From positions 160,369 through 224,368 of the forward strand of contig JBFLZG010000002.1 in the NCBI GenBank assembly GCA_040756235.1: 64,000 bases of DNA, written 5' to 3'. This stretch comes from a bacterium. GTDB taxonomy: Bacteria > Desulfobacterota > DSWW01. Positions 52,873 to 60,390 of the stretch are shown here, piece by piece. The notes beneath the pieces are model-generated. The model was not told the origin of the DNA. It made no database searches and saw only the letters and a program-made list of their open reading frames with translations. The position numbers and the translations under genes were made by a program. Position 1 is the stretch's first letter, and every line of letters begins with the position of its first letter.

Positions 52873-54039
52873 ATGCAACCGACGCGAGATCAATTCATCC
52901 GCTACAGCCGCCAACTGATCCTGCCGGAGGTCCAGTGGCAAGGCCAGCAGCGAATTCTCGAAGCGAGCGTCCTGCTGGTCGGGCTGGGAGGCCTCGGGTC
53001 GCCCCAGGCCCTGTATCTGGCGGCGGCCGGGGTGGGCACCCTCGGATTGCTCGACGGCGACCTGGTGGACCTCACGAACCTGCACCGGCAGATCATCCAT
53101 GCGACCACCGAGGTGGGCAACCCCAAGGTGGATTCCGCCGAGAGGCGCATCCTGGCGATCAATCCGGAGGTGAAGGTCAGGAAGCACAGGCTCCGGATCG
53201 GCTCCGAGAACGCGCTGGAGATCCTGGCCGGCTACGACGTCATCGTGGACTGCACCGACAATTTCCCGGCTCGATACCTGCTCAACGACGCCTGCGTGAT
53301 GCTCGGAAAGCCGTTGGTGCACGGCGCGATCTACCGGTTCGAGGGGCAGGCGACGGTTTTTCATCCGGCCCGGGGCGGTCCCTGCTACCGCTGTCTGTTT
53401 CCGGCTCCGCCCCCGCCGGATGCCGTGCCGACCTGTGCCGAAGCCGGAGTGATGGGTGTCCTGCCCGGTCTGATCGGGATGATCCAGGCCAGCGAGGTGA
53501 TGAAGCTGATCCTGGGAAAGGGCAAGTTGCTCATCGGCAGACTGCTCTTCTGCGATGCCCTTGCCATGTCCTTCCAGGAAATCGGCATTCGGCGAGATCC
53601 CAAGTGCCCGGCGTGCGGCGAGCGTCCGGCCATCCGGGAGCTCATCGACTACGAGCTGTTCTGCGGGCTTCGCCCCCCGGCCGGAACACCGCCCGAGGCC
53701 GCCGGCGGGGAATCCGTGCAGGCCCTGCGCGTCGTGGACCTCGGCAGGATGCTCGAGAAAGGCGAGCCGGTGGTCTTCCTGGACGTGCGGGACGATTGGG
53801 AGCGGGCCCTTTATCCTCTCGCGCAAGGGGTGCAAATTCCTCTGGGAGAGCTCAAGTCCCGCTGGGAGTCGCTGAAAGCCTATCAGCAGCGCCCGATCGT
53901 GGTCTGCTGCCTTTTCGGAGTCAAGAGCCGCCATGCGGTGCGCTTTCTGAGGAGCAAGGGCTTCGACCGGGTCTGGAACCTCCAGGGCGGTCTCGAGGAA
54001 TGGTCGGTCTACCGAGAGCAGAATCCCTGCCTTCCCTGA
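52873..54039 (+). CDS. moeB: MoeB/ThiF adenylyltransferase fused to a rhodanese domain (MoeZ-like)
   Basis: RYSRQ, GLGGLGSP, NLHRQ, DCTDNF..RYLLND, CYRC, C.EAGV.G, CPAC; C-terminal LDVR...E, CLFGVKS, NLQGG..W. Confidence 0.95.
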   Translation: MQPTRDQFIRYSRQLILPEVQWQGQQRILEASVLLVGLGGLGSPQALYLAAAGVGTLGLLDGDLVDLTNLHRQIIHATTEVGNPKVDSAERRILAINPEVKVRKHRLRIGSENALEILAGYDVIVDCTDNFPARYLLNDACVMLGKPLVHGAIYRFEGQATVFHPARGGPCYRCLFPAPPPPDAVPTCAEAGVMGVLPGLIGMIQASEVMKLILGKGKLLIGRLLFCDALAMSFQEIGIRRDPKCPACGERPAIRELIDYELFCGLRPPAGTPPEAAGGESVQALRVVDLGRMLEKGEPVVFLDVRDDWERALYPLAQGVQIPLGELKSRWESLKAYQQRPIVVCCLFGVKSRHAVRFLRSKGFDRVWNLQGGLEEWSVYREQNPCLP

Positions 54040-54050
54040 AGACCTGCCCG

Positions 54051-54842
54051 TCAGATATAGCTCAGCAGAAATGTAGCTCTTGACATCCGCCGGGTGATGC
54101 GCTGCACGTGCTTCCTGTAATAAGTGCTCCGGCTCTGCGGGTTCCAGGAGGAAGGCCGCGGAAGGCTGGCGGCCAGCAGCGCCGACTCGTGCGTGTCCAG
54201 CGCGGATGCATGCTTGCCGAAATAGTGGAGCGCCGCCGCTTCTGCGCCGTAAATTCCCCGACCGAACTCCACCACGTTCAGGTAAATCTCGAGGATGCGC
54301 CGCTTCCGCAAGTGCTTCTCCAACTGGTACGTGAGGATGGCTTCTTTGATTTTGCGGACCGGGTTCCTGGACGGAGACAGCCACAGGTTCTTGGCGAGCT
54401 GCTGCGTGATGGTCGAGGCGCCGCGTGGGGGTTCGCCGTCCTGGAGCGTTTCTTTCAGGCTGTTCTGGATCTCTCCGTAGTCGAAACCATTGTGGACAAA
54501 GAAACGAATGTCCTCCCCTACGAGCACGGCCTGCTTGAGGGAAGGCGAGATGCTGCCGTAGGGCACCCATTTCCAGGAGAGGGGGGGGCCGCGGCCGGTC
54601 TTCATGCGCTCCTTCTTGTACTGCTCGATGAACGCCGTGGTCTTGGGGTTCCGGGTCGCCACCTCTTCCACCGCGGGCCAGGCGAGCACCTGCCATGCGC
54701 CCCCGGCTGCGAGAAGCAGAGCCGCAAGAAGAAAAAGACGACGGAGCTTGCCCTTGCGCAGGGTTGAAGCCCTTTTCTTCTTCCTTCGCACGCGCCCGCT
54801 CCTCGTGGCTCCATGCAGATTCACCGGGGGGCCGGCCGCCAC
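54051..54842 (-). CDS. mtgA: Monofunctional peptidoglycan transglycosylase
   Basis: ED.RFF.H.GFD, RGASTITQQLAKNLWL, RKIKEA, K.RILEIYLN.VEFG. Confidence 0.95.
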   Translation of the reverse strand: MAAGPPVNLHGATRSGRVRRKKKRASTLRKGKLRRLFLLAALLLAAGGAWQVLAWPAVEEVATRNPKTTAFIEQYKKERMKTGRGPPLSWKWVPYGSISPSLKQAVLVGEDIRFFVHNGFDYGEIQNSLKETLQDGEPPRGASTITQQLAKNLWLSPSRNPVRKIKEAILTYQLEKHLRKRRILEIYLNVVEFGRGIYGAEAAALHYFGKHASALDTHESALLAASLPRPSSWNPQSRSTYYRKHVQRITRRMSRATFLLSYI

Positions 54843-54926
54843 TTGCCAGCCTGTAGAGTTCGTGCCATGCTACCCCGGTGCAGAGCCATTTTCCAGCCCC
54901 GGCGGGCGCGCGCATCGATCGCGAAG

Positions 54927-55199
54927 ATGATCACCATCCATTTCCTCTCGGGCCTCAAGGAGTTCGTGGGCAAACACGAGCTCCGGATGCACTATTGCGG
55001 GAGCCTGTCCGCCCTCCTGGAGAAGCTGGGGGATCGCTACGGGGAGGCTTTCTGCCAGTGCCTGTTCGACCCGTGCGGGAAAGACCGGCGCAATCCGTTC
55101 CTCAAGATCCTGATCGATGGCGTGGACGTCCAGGGGGCCGATCCTGATCTCGCCGGGGACGAGACCGTTTTTCTGTTCCTGCCCATCGCCGGAGGCTGA
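54927..55199 (+). CDS. MoaD/ThiS-family ubiquitin-like sulfur carrier
   Basis: 90 aa, beta-grasp pattern, ILIDG, C-terminal PIAGG. Confidence 0.88.
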   Translation: MITIHFLSGLKEFVGKHELRMHYCGSLSALLEKLGDRYGEAFCQCLFDPCGKDRRNPFLKILIDGVDVQGADPDLAGDETVFLFLPIAGG

Positions 55200-55201
55200 G
55201 C

Positions 55202-56164
55202 ATGGGCCATCCGCTCCAGATCGGCTTCCTGTCCACCCTCTACCACACGTCGCATCTCATTCGGGAACGGCAGCAGGTGGAGCACAGACTGGGCCGCGAC
55301 TGCCGCTGGCGGCTGTTCGGGACCGGTCCGGAGATGATGGGGGCTTTCGGCAAAGGGGAGCTGGATCTCGGCTACATCGGCCTGCCCCCGGTGCTCATCG
55401 GGATCGCCGCAGGCACGGAGGTCGTGTGCATTGCAGGCGGGCACATCGAGGGAACGGTGATGGCGGGCCCGCCAGGCTATCGGAGCCTGGAAGAGTGCGG
55501 TGGTTTCGAGCCCTTCCTCATGCAGTTCGACCGGGCCCACATCGGCATCCCGGCCAGGGGTTCGATCCACGACGTGATCTTCCGCGAGCTCCTGGCGCGA
55601 TATCCCGGTCGCTGCATCGAGATCCGGAATTATAGCTGGGCGGACCTCATTCCCTACGGGATCAGCAAGGGAGAGGTGCGGGCGGCAGTGGGCACGCCGC
55701 CGCTCGCCGTCCTGTGCGGGCGGGAGACCGGCGCCCGGGTGCTGATCCCCGCAAACGCTCTGTGGCCCTTCAGCCCGAGCTATGGGATCGTCGCCGCCCG
55801 CGCGCTGCTCTCGGAGGAAGGCCCTTTTCTCGAAGGCTTCCTTGGCCTGCACGAGGAGAGCTGCAACCTGGTTCGCCGCGCCCCCGAGGAGGCGGCCCGG
55901 ATTACGGTGCGCTCCATGCCGGGGCTGGACGAGCGGTTCGTTCGGGAGACGTACCGGTTGTCACCGGGTTACTGCGCGGCCCTGCCGGAGGCTTACATCA
56001 GGTCCAGCCTGGATTTCCTGCCGGTCCTGATGCGGCTGGGCTATCTCGGGCGTTCCCTCGATCGCACGGCGATCTTCGACACGCGTTTCGTAGAGAAGGC
56101 GCACCCCGAGCCTCCGCACTACCGGGATCCTGCAAACCTGAGGCCGGCCCCGGTCTGCCATTGA
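55202..56164 (+). CDS. SsuA/NitT/NMT1-like binding-protein-fold protein lacking a signal peptide
   Basis: F.TGPEMM.AF..GELDLGYIG.PP.LI, IGIP..GSIHDV, F...H.E...L...PEEAA.I; sequence starts directly at the first beta strand. Confidence 0.8.
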   Translation: MGHPLQIGFLSTLYHTSHLIRERQQVEHRLGRDCRWRLFGTGPEMMGAFGKGELDLGYIGLPPVLIGIAAGTEVVCIAGGHIEGTVMAGPPGYRSLEECGGFEPFLMQFDRAHIGIPARGSIHDVIFRELLARYPGRCIEIRNYSWADLIPYGISKGEVRAAVGTPPLAVLCGRETGARVLIPANALWPFSPSYGIVAARALLSEEGPFLEGFLGLHEESCNLVRRAPEEAARITVRSMPGLDERFVRETYRLSPGYCAALPEAYIRSSLDFLPVLMRLGYLGRSLDRTAIFDTRFVEKAHPEPPHYRDPANLRPAPVCH

Positions 56165-56189
56165 CACCTGCTTGACCCTCTTCTAATCT
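56161..56189 (+). promoter_or_regulatory. sigma70-type promoter for the riboswitch-tupBC-moa transcript
   Basis: TTGACA-17 nt-TAATCT, about 23 nt before the aptamer. Confidence 0.65.
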
Positions 56190-56211
56190 GGTAAGACCCT
56201 GATCGCAAGGG

Positions 56212-56306
56212 GATCTCCGAGCCCCGTTGCCCGGTTGCTGCGCTCGGGCACAGGGCCGTTGGGTTCTGCTGGAAACGGCAGGGCCTCCCGTGCTTGGAAA
56301 GGGGAT
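56212..56306 (+). ncRNA. Moco-family riboswitch, P3-less (Tuco-type) variant
   Basis: P1 ATCTCC/GGGGAT; CTCCGAG start; P2 TGCCCG/CGGGCA; P4 GTTCTGCTG-GAAA-CGGCAGGGC; conserved CCTCCCGT..TTGGAAAGG; upstream of tup/moa genes. Confidence 0.88.
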
Positions 56307-56320
56307 GTGAGGGCGGGGCT

Positions 56321-56359
56321 AGCCGATCTCCAGAGCACCGGAGGTCGGTTGTTCTTTTT
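56321..56359 (+). terminator. Riboswitch-associated intrinsic terminator (attenuator)
   Basis: AGCCGATCTCC-8 nt-GGAGGTCGGTT followed by GTTCTTTTT, between the aptamer and the tupB start. Confidence 0.75.
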
Positions 56360-56382
56360 GGGGGGACCGGGGGCGAGCTGAC

Positions 56383-57075
56383 ATGGAGGTTCTTGCCCAG
56401 TCCTTGCCGGATGCCGTGCGCGGGTTCGCTGCCGGCGAGCGGGAGGTGCTGGAGATCATCGGGCTGTCTTTCCGGGTCTCTACCGCCTCCACTCTCGTGG
56501 CGTCCCTGCTGAGCGTTCCTGCAGGTTTGCTGCTCTTCCTCGGCCGTTTCCCGGGGAAGTCTCTTGTGCTGCAGGTGGTCAACGCCCTCATGGCCATGCC
56601 GACAGTGGTGGTCGGGCTCCTGGTGTACGGCGTGCTTTCCCGCCAGGGGCCTCTCGGCAGTCTGGGGTTGCTCTACACGCCTGAGGCGATCGTGATCGGC
56701 GAAGTCATCATGGCCCTGCCGATCATCACGGCCCTGACCCACGCGGCGTTCGAGGGCCTGGATCCGCGGGTGAGACGCACCGCGCTCACCCTCGGCGCGA
56801 ACCTGTGGCATTCCTCCTGGGTCATGGTGCGGGAGGCGCGCTACGCCCTGCTCGCAGCAGTGGCGGCAGGCTTCGCGCGCGTAGTCTCCGAGGTGGGCTC
56901 TGCCCTCATGGTCGGAGGCAACATTCGGGGGTACACCCGCACGATGACGACCGCGATCGCCCTGGAGACGAGCAAAGGCGAGTTCGCTCAAGCCCTGCTG
57001 CTGGGCGTGCTGCTGCTCGCCCTGGCCCTCTCGATCAACGTGTTCGTGCGCAGCAGCCTGAAGAGGAGATCCTGA
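56383..57075 (+). CDS. tupB: Tungstate ABC transporter permease
   Basis: F.GK....VVNALM.MPTVVVGL..Y..LSR.GPLG..GLLYT, F.R.VSEVG...MVGGNI.G.TR.MTTAIALETSKG.F. Confidence 0.92.
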   Translation: MEVLAQSLPDAVRGFAAGEREVLEIIGLSFRVSTASTLVASLLSVPAGLLLFLGRFPGKSLVLQVVNALMAMPTVVVGLLVYGVLSRQGPLGSLGLLYTPEAIVIGEVIMALPIITALTHAAFEGLDPRVRRTALTLGANLWHSSWVMVREARYALLAAVAAGFARVVSEVGSALMVGGNIRGYTRTMTTAIALETSKGEFAQALLLGVLLLALALSINVFVRSSLKRRS

Positions 57076-57076
57076 A

Positions 57077-57751
57077 TTGGCCGGAGAGGGAGATCTGTAC
57101 CGGCTGGATGGGTTGGCCAAGGTATACGGCGAAAGGCTCGTCCTGGACATCCCCGGCCTGCGGGTGCTTCCCGGTACGATCTGCTCCCTGGTGGGCGAGA
57201 ACGGATCCGGGAAATCCACGCTGCTGCGCCTGCTCGCTCTCCTGGAGGAGCCGACGAGGGGCAGGCTCCTGTACCGGGGCTCGGTCCTCAACGGCTCCGG
57301 CAGCCTGCGTGCTCGAGTGCGCCGTGAAGTCACGCTGGTGGAGCAGAACCCCTATCTTTTTCACGGCACGGTGTACGACAACGTCGTCTTCGGGCTGAGG
57401 ACGCGCGGAGTTCCCAAGCGGCTCTGGGCTTCCAGCGTGCAGAGGTTTGTCGAGACGCTCGAGCTGGAGGGTCTGCTCGGCCGGCCTGCTCACGGGCTGA
57501 GCGCAGGGGAAACCCAACGGGCCGCCCTGGCACGGGCGCTGGTCACCCGGCCGAAGGTGCTGCTGCTGGACGAGCCGACGGCGAGCGTGGACGCTGCCAA
57601 GATCCCGAGAATCGAGCGGCTCCTCGAGGACTTGCGGGAGCGGCACGGGACGACCATTGTCTTTTCCACTCACAATCGGAATCAGGCCGAGCGCCTGGCG
57701 GATCAGGTCCTTTTGCTCGCCGAAGGCCGGATTCAAGGAGGCTGTCCATAA
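57077..57751 (+). CDS. tupC: Tungstate ABC transporter ATP-binding protein
   Basis: GENGSGKST, LSAGETQR, LLLDEPT, STH; coupled to tupB. Confidence 0.88.
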   Translation: MAGEGDLYRLDGLAKVYGERLVLDIPGLRVLPGTICSLVGENGSGKSTLLRLLALLEEPTRGRLLYRGSVLNGSGSLRARVRREVTLVEQNPYLFHGTVYDNVVFGLRTRGVPKRLWASSVQRFVETLELEGLLGRPAHGLSAGETQRAALARALVTRPKVLLLDEPTASVDAAKIPRIERLLEDLRERHGTTIVFSTHNRNQAERLADQVLLLAEGRIQGGCP

Positions 57752-57869
57752 ATGCCCATCTGCGGCGTTGCGCTCATGGCGCGGCATGGAGGCGGGGGAG
57801 CCTGCCCCGGCGAAGGCCGGGGTCATTGCGGCGTACTCCCATGTACGCCTCAATTTCTGAACAGCCTCC
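57737..57869 (+). mobile_element. MITE-like element (short copy)
   Basis: GGAGGCTGT...ACAGCCTCC ends; CATCTGCGGCGTTGCGCTC and the 38-nt core shared with 44632-44867. Confidence 0.65.
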
Positions 57870-57923
57870 CGGAGCCGAATTCTTGGACAGGCTCCTAGAT
57901 GCGCGAGGAGGGCCCCCTGACTC

Positions 57924-58412
57924 ATGAGTGACCTCAAGGAGCTGAGCCATCTGGACCCGGAAGGGTCTGCAAGGATGGTCGACGTAGGCGAAAAGCCGGT
58001 GACGCGCCGGATCGCGGCCGCCTCGGCCTTGGTGCGGATGGCGCCCGGGACCAGGGAAGCGGTTCTCGAGGGCAACCTGCCCAAGGGAGACGTCTTCAAC
58101 ACGGCCCGCATCGCCGGGATCCTGGCCGCAAAGCGCGTTCACGAGCTGATTCCGCTGACGCACCCGCTGTCTTTGGACTACGTGCAGGTCTCGTTCAGGC
58201 CCGAGCCCGAGGGGGTGAGGGTCTGGACGGAGGTCTCGGTAGAGGCCAGGACCGGCGTCGAAATGGAAGCGCTGACGGCCGCGGCGGTTGCCGCCCTGAC
58301 CATCTACGACATGGCCAAGTCGGTGGAAAAGGGCATGGTCATATCCGACATCCGGCTGGAGCACAAGTCCGGTGGCAGGAGCGGCGTCTGGAGCCGCAGG
58401 AAGGAGTCTTAG
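57924..58412 (+). CDS. moaC: Cyclic pyranopterin monophosphate synthase
   Basis: LSHLD..G.ARMVDV, KGDV...ARIAGI.AAK, LIPL.HP, TGVEMEAL, YDM.K, KSGG.SG. Confidence 0.97.
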   Translation: MSDLKELSHLDPEGSARMVDVGEKPVTRRIAAASALVRMAPGTREAVLEGNLPKGDVFNTARIAGILAAKRVHELIPLTHPLSLDYVQVSFRPEPEGVRVWTEVSVEARTGVEMEALTAAAVAALTIYDMAKSVEKGMVISDIRLEHKSGGRSGVWSRRKES

Positions 58413-58418
58413 CGCAAC

Positions 58419-58880
58419 ATGGGAAGAATACGTTCGATCAATTTGAGTGAGAAGAAGGGCACCCCCAAGACTCCGGTCGAGGAGGCCGTGCTCGTCGAGA
58501 ACCTCGGCTTGGAGGGGGACGCCCACGCCGAGCCGGGCATCCGGCAGGTGAGCCTGCTTTCGGCGGAGAGCATCGAGAGGGCACGGACCCACCTGGAGGA
58601 GCGTGCGCGGCGGGCGTCGGTTTCCCTCGTGCCGGGTGTGTTCGCCGAGAACCTGACGACCGAGGGGATCGACCTGTCGCCCCTGGAGATCGGCTCTCTT
58701 CTCCAAGTGGGTTCCGGGGTCGTCCTGAGGGTCAGCAAGATCGGCAAGGAATGTCACCACGGATGCGTGATCTTTCGGCAGGTCGGCGATTGCATCATGC
58801 CGCGTCAGGGGATCTTCTGCGAAGTCCTCAAGGGCGGGCGCGTACGGAAGGGAGACACGATTGAAAGAGTCAGCGGCTAG
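58419..58880 (+). CDS. MOSC-domain protein
   Basis: S.KKGT.K, GLEGDAHA, RQVSLL, PG.FAENLTT.G, IGKECH..C.IF..VGDCIMP..GIF. Confidence 0.92.
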   Translation: MGRIRSINLSEKKGTPKTPVEEAVLVENLGLEGDAHAEPGIRQVSLLSAESIERARTHLEERARRASVSLVPGVFAENLTTEGIDLSPLEIGSLLQVGSGVVLRVSKIGKECHHGCVIFRQVGDCIMPRQGIFCEVLKGGRVRKGDTIERVSG

Positions 58881-59856
58881 CAAGCCGGTCGATACGCTGC
58901 GGATCTCGATCACCGACCGCTGCAACCTTCGCTGCCGGTACTGCATGCCCGCGGAGGGGGTCCCGTGGATCCCGCACGCGGAGATCTTGAGCTATGAGGA
59001 AATCCTGCGCGTCGTTCGGGCCTGTGCCCGGCTGGGCGTGAGAAAGCTCCGGGTCACGGGGGGCGAGCCGCTCGTTCGCAAAGGGGTCGTGGAGCTCGTG
59101 GAGTCCCTTTCCCGGGTCGACGGGATCCAGGACCTGTGCATGACCACGAACGGGGTGCTGCTGGAGCGGTTCGTTCCGGCCTTCCGGCGGGCAGGGCTCC
59201 GTCGCGTCACGGTCAGCCTGGACAGCCTCCAGACCGGGCGCTACCGGGACATCACCGGCTCGGACCGCCTTGAGGAGGTGCTCTCGGGAATCCGTGCGTC
59301 CCTCGAAGGCGGGCTGTCGCCGGTCAAGATCAACGTGGTGCTGATTCGTGGCCTGAACGACGACGAAGTCGTGGATTTCGCCCGCCTGAGCCTGTCCCAT
59401 CCATTGGAGGTGCGGTTCATCGAGAGGATGCCGGTCGGCCATCCGGACAGCAGGAAGAGCTGCGGGGACTGGGGAGGGGAGACGGTTTCCGCGAAAGAGG
59501 TGCTGGAGAGGATCCGCAAGGCTTTCGGCGCCCTGGAGCCGGCTCCGCCGGCGGTTCCGGTCCCTGGCCCGGCCCGGCTCTACCGGCTTCCGGGCGGCAA
59601 CGGACGGGTGGGGGTCATCAGCGCCGTGACGACGCCGTTCTGCGACTCTTGCACGCGCGTCCGGCTCACCCCGGAGGGCGGTCTCAGAAACTGCCTCTTC
59701 CGCGAAGAGAGCTGCGACCTCAAGGGCCTGCTTCGGGCAGGTGCTTCGGACGGGGAGCTGCTCTCCGTTCTGCGCGCGGCGATCGCTCGCAAGAGCCGCC
59801 TGACGGAAGCCCCCTTCGACCAGATCCGAAAACCCATGTGCCAGATCGGAGGGTAG
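58861..59856 (+). CDS. moaA: GTP 3',8-cyclase
   Basis: LRISITDRCNLRCRYC, TGGEP, RFIE.MP, FCDSC.R.RLT..G..RNCL, C-terminal IGG. Confidence 0.97.
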   Translation: MKESAASKPVDTLRISITDRCNLRCRYCMPAEGVPWIPHAEILSYEEILRVVRACARLGVRKLRVTGGEPLVRKGVVELVESLSRVDGIQDLCMTTNGVLLERFVPAFRRAGLRRVTVSLDSLQTGRYRDITGSDRLEEVLSGIRASLEGGLSPVKINVVLIRGLNDDEVVDFARLSLSHPLEVRFIERMPVGHPDSRKSCGDWGGETVSAKEVLERIRKAFGALEPAPPAVPVPGPARLYRLPGGNGRVGVISAVTTPFCDSCTRVRLTPEGGLRNCLFREESCDLKGLLRAGASDGELLSVLRAAIARKSRLTEAPFDQIRKPMCQIGG

Positions 59857-59864
59857 GGCGAACC

Positions 59865-60380
59865 ATGGTCCGCGCAGGCGTACTCACGGTGAGCGACAAG
59901 GGATCCAAAGGGGAGAGGGAAGACAGAAGCGGGGAAGCGATCCGCAGGATGCTCGCGAGGCTCGAAGCCGAGATCGTCCGCTATGCGATCGTTCCCGACG
60001 AGATCCCTGCCATTCGTGAGACCCTGAGGAAGTGGGCCGACCAGGACCGGCTGGACCTCATCGTCACCACGGGCGGGACCGGGTTCTCGCCGAGGGACGT
60101 CACCCCGGAAGCCACGGCCGAAGTGATCGAGCGGCCGACGCCGGGCCTGAGCGAGGCCATTCGGGCAGAAGGCTGGAAGAAGACCCCGCACGCGATCCTT
60201 TCCAGAGGAGCTGCCGGCATCCGCGGCAGGACCCTGATCGTGAACCTGCCCGGAAGCCAGAGAGCGGTCGAGGAATCGCTGGAGGTGCTGCTTCCGGCTC
60301 TCCGCCACGGCATCGAGATCCTGAGGGGAGATGCCGGGGAGTGCGGGACCCCGGGCAAGGGCGAGCCGAACGCGAGATAG
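59865..60380 (+). CDS. mog: Molybdopterin adenylyltransferase (MogA/MoaB family)
   Basis: LTVSD, REDRSG, VPDE, TTGGTG.SPRDVTPEAT, LSR, NLPGS. Confidence 0.93.
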   Translation: MVRAGVLTVSDKGSKGEREDRSGEAIRRMLARLEAEIVRYAIVPDEIPAIRETLRKWADQDRLDLIVTTGGTGFSPRDVTPEATAEVIERPTPGLSEAIRAEGWKKTPHAILSRGAAGIRGRTLIVNLPGSQRAVEESLEVLLPALRHGIEILRGDAGECGTPGKGEPNAR

Positions 60381-60390
60381 GAGAAGGGAT

